Assembly: GCA_964035575.1 (NCBI GenBank)
Contig: OZ037833.1
Coordinates: 2,542,001 to 2,606,000 of the forward strand
From: Rhynchopus sp. YZ270_cl-10
Lineage: Eukaryota
Direction of reading: 5' to 3'
Length of the DNA: 64,000 bases
The notes beneath the pieces are model-generated. The model was given only the letters and a program-made list of their open reading frames with translations. It made no database searches and was not told the DNA's origin. Positions 20,902-31,068 of the stretch are shown here, one piece after another; position 1 is the first letter of the stretch, and each line of letters starts with the position of its first letter. Made by a program: the position numbers and the translations under genes.

Positions 20902-23022
20902 AGAGTCGAGGAGCGTCTGATACTGGAGATGGAAGCTGCACAGGATCGACGTGAAGTGATCACTCTGGATAGCCTCTTGAAGACACCGGGAATGACTGAT
21001 CGTCTACGGCAACCGTACGTTCTTGCGCATAGTTCAGGCATGTCGTGGACGTACCAGAATTCCGCTGAACTGAAGGAGGGATTGTGCAAAGCCTTCACCA
21101 ACAACGCTGCACAGTATCTTGCGGGTACCAGAGACAAGACAACGTGCTCGCAGTCACTGATCTGCACAGGGCTGGGTATGGGGAAGTCTCGTACTCTGAT
21201 GATGGTTCCAGAGTTCCTAGAGCCTGTAACGAAGAACAAGATGGTATTTACCTTCAACGTGGCTTTTGAGAACGGGATTGGCTACCAATATCGGGAGGAG
21301 AAGCCGAATATGTCTGCAGTGGTCGATCGTATTTGTCACCATTTGCTGGGTCCCACGAAGGAGTTCCTGACGTGGCACCGCCAACATACAGCTGGCTTCA
21401 CACTTGATGAACTTATCGGAGGTTTATGCGGAACTACACCGACTAAGGATGTGGTGTGCCTGCTGATGCTCGACGGAGTGCACAACTTGGCAAACAATAT
21501 GCTTCAACCACTCGAGAACGATCCGATGCGTTCGTTCCTTCGGAATGAGCTGCAGGCCTTGCAGCTGAAATGTAAGTACTTTGTCTTCACCGTCTGCACG
21601 CTGACTGCACGGAAATCGGCGGTGGAGGCATTGAAGGGATCGAGTGTAGCTCGAACGTACTTACCCATCCCCGGTGTCTCCGAAATTCCTCCTATTGATG
21701 AGTCAATCGGTGTGACTAAACGTTTGTTTCGCTTTGTGAAGGGACATGGACGTGCGGTTGAGGCCCTGTGTACGGTAAAAAAGGAAAACCCATCAAAGAC
21801 TGACAACGAAGTGCTCGATATGGTGTGTGATGTGCTCACGACTCGTTATGGCACGTTCTGTGTCTCTCTCGATGAACAAATGAAGCTACTAAAGTATGCA
21901 CTGCTGCAGAAGCCTCTGCCGGATGAAGTCGATATTGCGGAGCACCTCTCGCAAGGTCTCATGGACGTTCGGTATGAAGGGGGGCAATCATATCTCTGGC
22001 CCTCACTCATCTGGGCTGTTTCCAACGCCGAGCTTAGTGGCAGTCTGCTCGCCCCGTACAACTTCTCAAATGAGTGCAACAGCAGTTCCTTTGAGGCGTT
22101 CCTGATGGCGTATCGCTGTACCCTCTCGAAGCTGCACGACAACAACAAAGAAATGGAAGTGGTGGAGATGCACAAAGCCGCGAAGTGGATGACTGATCCG
22201 GGCAGCATGACCTTCAGAAACATCCACCTCCAGCCCCTCTACGCAACATCGCGAACTGATACCCATGGTAAAGTGCAACCAAAAAGCACTATCACAGGTA
22301 AATGTGCACCGGATGCACATAAATCGGAATGTAAATCTTTCACTGGGCGCATCGTTCGGAATGTGCCTGGAGCACAGCACGGTGATATCTTTTTGGGTCT
22401 GAAGCAAAATGTGAATGAGGTGATACAGGCAAAGCACAGCATGAAGCAATCTTACCTGCAGGGTAGGAAGGAAGTCATCACTGCAATAAAGAAAGAGGTC
22501 GTAAAAGCAGCAGACGCAACTGATGTCTTCATGTTGCATACCACCGCTACCCTTCCGAAGCAGTGCGCCGAGTGGTGCAAAAAAGACGACTTTCTGAATG
22601 GTCACATTATAGGTGTGGTGGACGCAACTAACTTTATGGATTACTTCCACTTCCTCGCGCCGTTGTGGCTGAACGATGCGGAGAGTGAGCAGGAGAAGGA
22701 GGCTCTTGCTGCCCAGGCGAAGAAGAAGAAGGAGAAGGAGAAGACTGCAAAGGCCAAGAAGATGAAGGAGGCTCTTGCTGCCCAGGCGGAGAAGGAGAAG
22801 GAGAAGAAGGTTCGTGCAACCGTGAAGACGCAGGCTGATCTCAAGGCTTGTGTTGGACAGACTGCAGTAGATCAGGGGAACGTTCTCAGCTCAAGTCTGT
22901 TGGCATCGCGTCCCATGTGGCCAGCGCTCTCTCAACTCTTGAAAGTTCCCAGGTGCACGTGGAGCACACCGTTGCCGCAGACAGGAGCTGGTGTCTTGAG
23001 GAGACTCTGCAAATGCATTTAG
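20902..23022 (+). CDS. Exon 2 of Crinkler/RHS-like protein: P-loop ATPase + restriction-endonuclease-like domain + K/E/A-rich tail (~819 aa spliced; alternative start ATG 20929)
   Basis: Walker A TGLGMGKS, Walker B LLMLDG, GHGRAVE motif, NVPGAQHGDIF...EVIQAK resembling a PD-(D/E)xK variant. Family assignment is by motif recognition only. Confidence 0.7.
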   Translation, partial: RVEERLILEMEAAQDRREVITLDSLLKTPGMTDRLRQPYVLAHSSGMSWTYQNSAELKEGLCKAFTNNAAQYLAGTRDKTTCSQSLICTGLGMGKSRTLMMVPEFLEPVTKNKMVFTFNVAFENGIGYQYREEKPNMSAVVDRICHHLLGPTKEFLTWHRQHTAGFTLDELIGGLCGTTPTKDVVCLLMLDGVHNLANNMLQPLENDPMRSFLRNELQALQLKCKYFVFTVCTLTARKSAVEALKGSSVARTYLPIPGVSEIPPIDESIGVTKRLFRFVKGHGRAVEALCTVKKENPSKTDNEVLDMVCDVLTTRYGTFCVSLDEQMKLLKYALLQKPLPDEVDIAEHLSQGLMDVRYEGGQSYLWPSLIWAVSNAELSGSLLAPYNFSNECNSSSFEAFLMAYRCTLSKLHDNNKEMEVVEMHKAAKWMTDPGSMTFRNIHLQPLYATSRTDTHGKVQPKSTITGKCAPDAHKSECKSFTGRIVRNVPGAQHGDIFLGLKQNVNEVIQAKHSMKQSYLQGRKEVITAIKKEVVKAADATDVFMLHTTATLPKQCAEWCKKDDFLNGHIIGVVDATNFMDYFHFLAPLWLNDAESEQEKEALAAQAKKKKEKEKTAKAKKMKEALAAQAEKEKEKKVRATVKTQADLKACVGQTAVDQGNVLSSSLLASRPMWPALSQLLKVPRCTWSTPLPQTGAGVLRRLCKCI

Positions 23023-23077
23023 ATGACCACCTCCTACACAGTAGGGCCGGCAGGGGTGCTGTCGCGTCTTCAACGTT

Positions 23078-23408
23078 TGAAAGGGGGGAGCATAAAGTGC
23101 GGAAAAGTGCGGAAAAAGTGCGAATAGGTGCGGAAAAAGTGCGTGGATTAGGTGCGGAAAAAGTGCGTGGATTAGGTGTGGAAAAAGTGCGAATCAGCCC
23201 CCAAAAAATTTTTCCCCACCTTGTAAAAGTTGAACACTGTGTACTGTAGGTACTGTATACCTGTGTGCCTGTGTATTTGGCAAAGACAGTCAGCAAGCCT
23301 ACATGCTAAAAGTGCGAACAAGTGCGGAAAAAGTGTGGAAAAAGTGCGGAAAAAGTGCGGAAAAAGTGCGAGAAAGTGCGGAAAAGTGCGAATCAGACCC
23401 CTTCAGCC
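23078..23408 (+). repeat. Minisatellite-rich element of gaaaaagtgcg units; short relative at ~39285-39343
   Basis: Two clusters of (g)aaaaagtgcg, each ending aagtgcgaatcag.ccc; weak tgaa..gggg / ccccttca ends. Confidence 0.65.
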
Positions 23409-23475
23409 ACACCACTGCATGTGTTGACCCTCTCAAATACTTTCAATTCTGTGAACTGAAAATATACGAATCTAA

Positions 23476-23572
23476 CTTTTATTACCGCTGTTCAAACCAC
23501 AGTCATAACCCCTACCTCTTTTCATCCATCATCCTCCCTCTCTCCCTCCCACTTCCTATTACTATCACAGAG
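23476..23572 (+). repeat. ~97-bp direct repeat copy 2 (acceptor region of the ankyrin gene)
   Basis: Matches 18803-18901. Confidence 0.9.
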
Positions 23573-23754
23573 GAACGCTCTACACTTTTCCAGCAACATA
23601 CGATGGCGTTCTGCTGGATTTCTTTTTGATTTTTGTTGTGGAAACCTTTGCAAAACTGAAGCTGAATTTTCGCAGCTTAAACGCATCTCTTCGCAAAAAA
23701 TCATTGGTTTTTTTCCCCCTCCACCTCGACCTCTAACGGAAGAGACGGTCTCTG

Positions 23755-26700
23755 ATGTTCGCTCCACCTCGCCGGTCGGCGCGAAAGACACAGAGACAAC
23801 GGACACAGAGTGGAGGACCTGGAGGACGTGCACCACAACGACAGAACACTAACACGAATGTCCCTGCGTACGCACGACCTACACGCGCCGCAAGCAGTGG
23901 TGCTGCAGTAAACAACAACAACAACAACGCACGCAACTTACGGAGAACCGCTTCCGCTGGCAGGCGCAAGCCTCTGAAGCAACAACCACAACAACAACAC
24001 CATCATTTTGAGACCGTAGATATGGCAGCCCACGTAGACTCCCCACAACGCGTCATAGAGAAGTACGCAGAACAGGCACGCAAACGACGGCACGAAAGAG
24101 AAACTGAAAAGCTCCGCTCCCGCAACCCTCTGCCGCATGGGTTGACGTTGCACCACGCTGCGTCGTCCATCCTCGAGTGGTGTGCGATTGTGAGTGGCGT
24201 GCATGCACCGCACGGTGCAAGGAGTCCTCCCACCTCACCGCTCTATGAGCAGCATACACAAGGCTTCGCATCTGATTCCACAGGGTCCGCCACAGGGTCG
24301 ATCGGCTCAGATGATGATCGCCCACAATCGAGAAGAAAGTGGCAGTATCCTTCAGAGGGCAGGCCCTTCACAGCATCGCTCCCCGTTGTGCTATCTGACG
24401 CAGGGCGGCGGTCGTTGTCGCCAGAGTTTGCAAGGATGCAGAGACACAGCATTGCACAACGTTCCCACGCCCGAGCGTCTCGGTCCAATTCAGATTCACA
24501 TCGAATGTCCTCTCGAGGGCAAAGCGTTGGGAGCACCACCAGCCCTCCCAAAACTGTGGGCTTTATCGATCCATTACAGGATATTGTGGGGAATGGGAGG
24601 GTCTCTCAGCCGAGGTCTGGGTCTAGGTCAAATTCACCGTTACGTTGGGCGCATCCAGAAAAACAGGACTTGGCACCTGACCATTGGTGGAACACCTACA
24701 AGACAATGCAGAACGATTCCGACGGGGACATGGAGGCTGAGAGCACGGGAAGCAGTTCTTCTTACGGCCCGGTCGAAGACCCGATAACGGACCCACGATT
24801 TGCAGGCATGAGCTTTGCCCAGGAGGTCACCGGGTACACACAACAGGAGACAAGCCACCCCACAGCACACATCTCCCCAGCACGATCCTACGTCTATGAT
24901 GACCACAGACCTGCATCAGTTACTCCACCACGGCAGGAGGTCGAGCAACCTCCACAAGACCCTCCACGCCCCTCTATCCCACAACTCCAACACCACAAAC
25001 CCAAAAGGGTGCGCAGCAATGACTACGACATCCTCCCAGTCAACGCACTGCAACCAGCTGATACAGTCCAACCACAGCCTATGAGACAGCCTCCAGCACA
25101 ATCCCAACCACCTCGGTCCATTTCACCAGCCGAGGGAGGTGCCCCACCTACCCTAGCAGAGGCACTACTCAGCGAAGGGGATTGCTTCGACAAAAGCTAC
25201 GTCCACGGTGCTGCACCCAAGGTGGTCTATCGGCAGGACGAAGGCATAGTGCATAGTGCACCTTCTGTTGCGTCTGTAGGGGAGGTGAACGGTGGGGCAA
25301 CAGCGCAACCACAGCCACAGCCACAGCCCTCTACCTCAGCAAAGATGACGCCCGCAGCATCGCCCTCACCCACCCAAGAGGAAAGCAACGAATTTGTTCG
25401 ATTAACAAACAGCAATTTGATCCGCACCCTACGGACCGACAAGAAAACCACCGACGTCGAGGTGCTTCACGAACTCATCAAAACCGGAAACCTCGGTGCT
25501 GTCGAACAGCAACTCCAATACGTAGGGGAAGGGAGCTACTACTCTGAACCGTTTCTCAAAAACAAAAAGGTCGACGACGCGACCCCGCTGATCACCGCCA
25601 TCCAAGCGAATCATCTGCACATTGTCAAATTTCTTCTCCGCAAATCAGGAGAGGAAGTGTACTGCGCGGACATTGAGGGGATGACTGCGTTTCACGTTGC
25701 GTGCAAGGTGCCGGACTATGTCGTTATCGCACCTCTTGTTGCGGCTGCGACAGATCGTTCCAAACGCAAAACGCTTTTAAACAAACGAGAATACAAGAAC
25801 GGTCAGACAGCGCTTCACTTCCTCCTACGCTCTGGACGGTACGGCCAAGGTGTACAGGAATGTGTCGCTATGTTGATCCAGGCTGGCAGCGATGTGACAA
25901 TCGAGGACAACCGTGGGGTGAGCTGCGCAGAGCTCATGCTTCGTGATGATATGAAAGACATTCTGCTTGAAACATGCCAAAAATTTGGCGAAAATTCGGT
26001 TCTTGCGACACTCGAAAAACTGCAGGAACGCAAGAAGGACCCCAATTTGGAATATATTGTCAACAAATCTGGACGCAAAAAGTCGAAACTACGGACGTTC
26101 CTTTCTACCCCTAGCTCGACGAATGAGATGTTGAAGTTTGTTTTTTTGACGCCGTTTGATCAGTTTGATACTCAAAACTTTCACAAAAGGATTATCCTGA
26201 CTTATCGGGAGCTTATCTCCAAGAAGAACGTTTCCATTATCTCACTTCAACACGGCGACCCAGACGAGATCAACAGAATGATGCGCAGACTACCCGAAAA
26301 GGACCGCTTCACCTCCGACGGCGTTGTTGTTCGGGTCCTTCTGTCCAACCTCCCGGAAAACTCTGAAACGAAAAACAACATCATTGCCGAGATCGTAGCC
26401 TCCGAGACCAACCCCACCACCCAGGTCTACGTCGAACGAGAGTACGAGGACTACTCCAAGCACTCCCCTATCGCGACCCCTGCACTAACACCTCCAGAGC
26501 CGGAACCACTACAGACGCCACGACCCCCTGCGCACACACCCCCTACACAAGACCTACCTACCCAAGACGACCCGCCACGTATCCAGATCATCCAAGCCAC
26601 AGGCGATAAGAAGATCCGCACCCCCACCTTAGGTGACGAAGTGTCCTCCGATGCTGTGGCCCACGCAGCGGTGCTGCGATACGACAGCAACGGCGATTCA

Positions 26701-27684
26701 CGTCTCTGTCTCGAAGAATGGAATGAGATGCTGAAGGATCTAGGTTCCATCCCCGTATCAGAGTCGACCTTCGAAGGGATGTGCGCACAGCACGGTGTCG
26801 ACGTGGTGCGTGGTCTCAACGCAGATGCCTTAGTAAAGATGTTCACAACGCATACCGAAGAATCCTTCAGAGAGGTGCTATGTCTCCCCAGTGTAGGCAC
26901 CGAAGTTGCTGCAACAAACCTACAAAACAGAAAGGCGCTGAACAATAAGACCGGCATCGTGAGTGGCTACAAAAAGTTTAATATTTGCTTTGTCGACTTT
27001 TTTGCCAATGCTAAGGCGCCTCATGCAGTTTCCATAAAAAAACTGACCTGGGAAGGAAAACGCGACTGGCTGCAGCCTCCGTCAAACACCCCATACTTCG
27101 AAACACTTTTCCTGAACACTCGAGTGTTTCGCGATGAGTTTATCAACCAATGCTATGAAACGACGGGGGGGTGGGTTCAGTTCAAGGGGAATCATGAGTT
27201 CCACAACTACAAGGTGCACTCTGTTTGCGAGAAGCCAATATCGAGCACACGGGAGATGATGCACACGGCGGATGAGATGGATTCGTTTATCTCGAATGTG
27301 GATGCGCTCAAGATTGTACTGACCCCACCGCCTCTGACACACTACGGGCAGGTCAAGATCGTTGGTCTGAAGGAGAGCCGCTATTTGAACGGCAAGACCG
27401 GCACCATTGCCTCCGTGCGCGACCGTGGCCAGGTCGTTCTCGTCAAAGTCCCTGGTGTGTCCATGGCTACCCCTATCTCGCATTTCAACATTGTCCCCAT
27501 CGATGCCGAAAAACCCTCATCACGACCCAAAGAGCCAGACGCTACACCCGACTGGGTCAAACCTGGCCTCCAGGTCCGTATTGAAGGACTCAAAATCCAC
27601 TCCCACCTGAACAACCAAATAGGGACCATAGTGTGTCTCCGTCCTTCCGATAAGGTGGCGATTGTGAAGCTTCCTGGGGTTCCG
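23755..27684 (+). CDS. Exon 1 of ankyrin-repeat, EF-hand, KOW/SH3-like repeat protein
   Basis: Ankyrin motifs TPLITAI, GMTAFHVAC, GQTALHFLL; EF-hand DSNGDSRLCLEE; three V.I.GL....LN.K.G repeats; ends CCG|gtatga. Confidence 0.85.
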
Positions 27685-27826
27685 GTATGAATTCTTTGTA
27701 CTGTACGTCTTTCTTTAGAAGGTGACTGAGCACGAGATCCTTAGGGTCATCTTATAAACTTTTCTTTGTTTATTTTCCCCCACCCTACCCCCTCCCTCAC
27801 CATTCACCATTCACCCCTAACCACAG
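27685..27826 (+). other. Predicted 142-bp GT-AG intron
   Basis: gtatga donor, pyrimidine tract, cctaaccacag acceptor. Confidence 0.75.
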
Positions 27827-28123
27827 GAAGCGCCTCTACGCCATGGTAACCTTCGCCCCATAACAATCAAGCAGGAAGAAGTCCTCACCCGCGAGCCCTC
27901 CTTCGCCAAGGGCATCCCCTACCGGCACTCCATAGGCGAGTCTGACGCACCCATGGAAAGCTCTGGACGGTCCAGCCTGCACCTCCCACCCTCACACAGA
28001 CCTGCCTCCATTGCACGGTACAAAGGGCGCAGTGTTGTCCGCAGACATCCAGAGGATGAGAGGGTAAGTCCCATTGTGGGGTATACTGAACAGAACTCAG
28101 GGAAACGGTTATTCCCTTTGTGA
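27827..28123 (+). CDS. Exon 2 of ankyrin/EF-hand protein
   Basis: Phase-0 continuation EAPLRHGNLRPI parallels the previous repeat end TPISHFNIVPI; open for 98 codons to TGA 28121-28123. Confidence 0.7.
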   Translation, partial: EAPLRHGNLRPITIKQEEVLTREPSFAKGIPYRHSIGESDAPMESSGRSSLHLPPSHRPASIARYKGRSVVRRHPEDERVSPIVGYTEQNSGKRLFPL

Positions 28124-29598
28124 GGGTTTTTTTCGTGATTTTGAAAAAAAAATATCAGTGCATTCGGGGGAAGAAATTGCCCCAATCTAGAGCATTTTTT
28201 TTGTGGTGACGTACTGTGATCTTTTAGTTTGTACATTTTTTTTGTGAAGATGGTTTCTTTTTCATCTTTGAAGTTCTTTTTTTGAGGTGACTGAAGTACT
28301 AGAGAGACGCTCATCTTGTCACCCTTTCTCTTTTTTTGTCTGTGATTTATGTCATTTGGGTTTTGTGTTTTCCGTATACGCTGCCTGTAGATGGGGGGCC
28401 CTTCTAGTTCATTGTCCCCCCTTTTTGTTAGCTTTAAGATGACTCAGTATTTTGAGGCTTAGGTTCATCTTACAAACCCCCCTTTTTTTGTTGAATAGAT
28501 GTCAGTCTGATGTGTCATTTTTCACCTTTTTTTTTTTTTTTAAACGGAACGAAAACGGTGTGAGAGAGAGGAAGGGATGGACAGATCAATCAACGAAAAA
28601 TTCTTTTTCTGATTTCGTTTCTTTCTTTATCAGACTAGCTTAAACTCAGACAACAGTTTTTATTTTCACTAGAGTTCACCTTTGCAGTGTAATGGTATTG
28701 CCACACCAAGCGTTATCAAAAAAAAATGAAAACCCCCCCCTAGAGAGAAAATAGCAAATATCAGTAAGTCATACAACAAACATCGGTGGGGGGGTGAAAA
28801 ACCCCTCTTAGGGTTTTGAAGTACCAAAACCCACCCAATGTTTTTTCCTCCTCATCGGTGTTTGTTATTGTTGTTGTTAGACCATATATCATACATTCCA
28901 TGACTTTGCGTATACTTTTTCATATTTTGCACTCAGAAATGCGAGATGCATATTTTTGATCGTCCGACCCCGCAATTGAACGTTTCGAATCGGCCGGATC
29001 CAAAGAAATAAAAATCCAGAAAAAAAAATTTTTTTTCCAAAAAAAAATATCAAGGTGAGCGTATTTCTGTTTTGGCTCTCGGTGAGGTGGGTGTGTGGCA
29101 TGTAATTTTTCCCACCCGAAAACCAGCGGAAGTGAATTTCCGAGCTCCCCGCTTTTCACCATAAAAAAAATCGACCACTTTAGTGGAGTAGAAGTCAATT
29201 TAAAGTGGCTCCATGGGTCTTTATACAGTAACGTATAGGGATTTCAGTGCAGAAAAGGGGGTCGGCTCTACCAAAAGTTGCGTACCGTGGAGTGTGTTTC
29301 CGGGCTAAAAAAATGGTCGGAATTGAAAGATTTGTCAAAAATAAATCCAAAGAAAAAAAAATCGAAAACTTTCTTCAAAAAAAATCCAATTTAGAGACGC
29401 CACTGTGTTGCTACCCAAAGAGGGGGTTTTCTTAAGGAATTCCTTAAGAAACCTGCATAGAAAGGTGAAAAAAGGGGTCGGCTCCATCAAAAGTTGCATC
29501 CCGTGGAGTGTGTTTCCGGGGTAAAAAATTTGTCTGAATTGAAGGATTTGTAAAAAATAAGTCCAAAAAAACAAAAATCGAAAACTTTCTCCAAAAAT

Positions 29599-29768
29599 AA
29601 CTAATTATTAGCGTGAAATAAAGTGCACTTTTTTTCACGCCCACGTAATTTTGGCTCACGAGTGAGAGTTTATTGCCCGAGCCGCAGGCGAGGGCAATAA
29701 TAGAGCACGAGTGAGACAAAATACGTGGAAGTGAAAAAACGCACTTTATTTCAAACTAATACGTAGTT
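29599..29768 (+). repeat. 170-bp imperfect palindrome with apex ga-gcc-GCA-ggc-ga
   Basis: Arms pair in blocks (tgaaataaagtgc/gcactttatttca, ccacgta/tacgtgg, ttattgccc/gggcaataa). Confidence 0.9.
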
Positions 29769-30051
29769 TTGTTTTACAAGTGAAAATGATATTTTTGCTG
29801 GGATCCTTCACAAACGAGACGTAAAATAGAGTGATTTTATGAACAAAATGTGGGTACCTGTAAGTGAGAGTGTGAATGAGAGTAGGGGAACATGTGAACA
29901 TCAATCAAAAGCAGGGAAGGGGTTACTTTTTTTGATATATGCCTCCTATGACTGGTACTAATTACAAGATGTCACCACTCATCTCGCCTGTAGGGGGGGG
30001 GCAGGTGTATAGAGCATCACAGAAGGGGGGTTTTTTTTTTTGCACTCATGA

Positions 30052-31068
30052 TCATGGTTTGTTCTGTTGCACATTGATGTTAATCTTGACTTCTTGTGGC
30101 GTCTGAGTTGGGGGACTGTTGTTCTGTGTCAACAGCTGTGACATCGCAACTTGACCGGCCTGTGTGACTTCGGTGTACCTTTGTGGCATTGCCTGACTGA
30201 CCCACCCATAGTGGCGTTGCATCTGTACAATAGATGCTCCTGCCTCAGCGGCTTGAGTCGCAGAAGACCTGCGGAAGCTGTGCCCAGTGTACGAACCGTC
30301 CAGCGCAAGCACCCTCGCGACTTCTGCAGGTATGCCGTACATTTTGTTGATGCCAAGAGGTTGCACACGAAAGGTCCCAGTAGTAGTTCTGTCAGCTGTC
30401 GTCTTAGTTCCAGTGATGAAGAAGCGACCCTCCTGTGAAACTGGTGAGCGCCGGTTCAGGTACTCCTCCACCACACAAAAGTAGATGCTGTCTCTTGGTA
30501 CCACAAACCTCCCACGCTCCATGTCGGCCTTTTTCACCTTAGCACAGTGCTGGTACGTGAAGAGGTATCCCACTGGTGATTCCTGATAATTTGTCATCTC
30601 AAGCATCAGTGCTTCTGTGCATCTCATTCCCGACAGAAAACACACCGCGACGTAAGCCTTGCGGACACACCAGTAGCAGTCGCTCAACTCGCTCATCTTG
30701 AGAAACATCTCCACTTCTCCCTTCGAAAACGTCTTGCTCTTCTTCGTCGATTCGTCACTTCCCCAGGTCTTCAGCAACAGCCCGATGCGGTGGTACTCCT
30801 TTAGTGAAAAGTCGAACTCCGTCTTGAACATAAAGTTGAGCTTAGAGTAGCACGACCATAATGAGCTGGCTTTGTAGCTGCGTTCTTCGCGCAGGTGTGT
30901 CAAGTAAGAGACCACATGTTCTTCTCTTGGCTGCTTCCGCCCCGTGATTTTATTGTGTTGTAAAAACTTATTCCACTCCGTTTTGTATGCAGTGCTTGAC
31001 TTCAACCCTGCCAGAAGCTCGGTCTCATACAGATCCTCCATAGCCTCCTTCTTCTTGGTCCTTGGCAT
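30052..31068 (-). CDS. Tyrosine recombinase (phage-integrase fold), 338 aa
   Basis: GMRCTE (catalytic R), YTGHSFRRSSAT (HxxR), HYGW, MPQRY (catalytic Y); N-terminal core-binding-like helices. Confidence 0.93.
   Translation of the reverse strand: MPRTKKKEAMEDLYETELLAGLKSSTAYKTEWNKFLQHNKITGRKQPREEHVVSYLTHLREERSYKASSLWSCYSKLNFMFKTEFDFSLKEYHRIGLLLKTWGSDESTKKSKTFSKGEVEMFLKMSELSDCYWCVRKAYVAVCFLSGMRCTEALMLEMTNYQESPVGYLFTYQHCAKVKKADMERGRFVVPRDSIYFCVVEEYLNRRSPVSQEGRFFITGTKTTADRTTTGTFRVQPLGINKMYGIPAEVARVLALDGSYTGHSFRRSSATQAAEAGASIVQMQRHYGWVSQAMPQRYTEVTQAGQVAMSQLLTQNNSPPTQTPQEVKININVQQNKP

Noticed and set aside
30052..31068. Prophage, integron or bacterial contamination; DIRS retrotransposon
   Set aside because: No phage or bacterial genes and no RT/RNase H; embedded in eukaryotic TIR elements among intron-containing genes.
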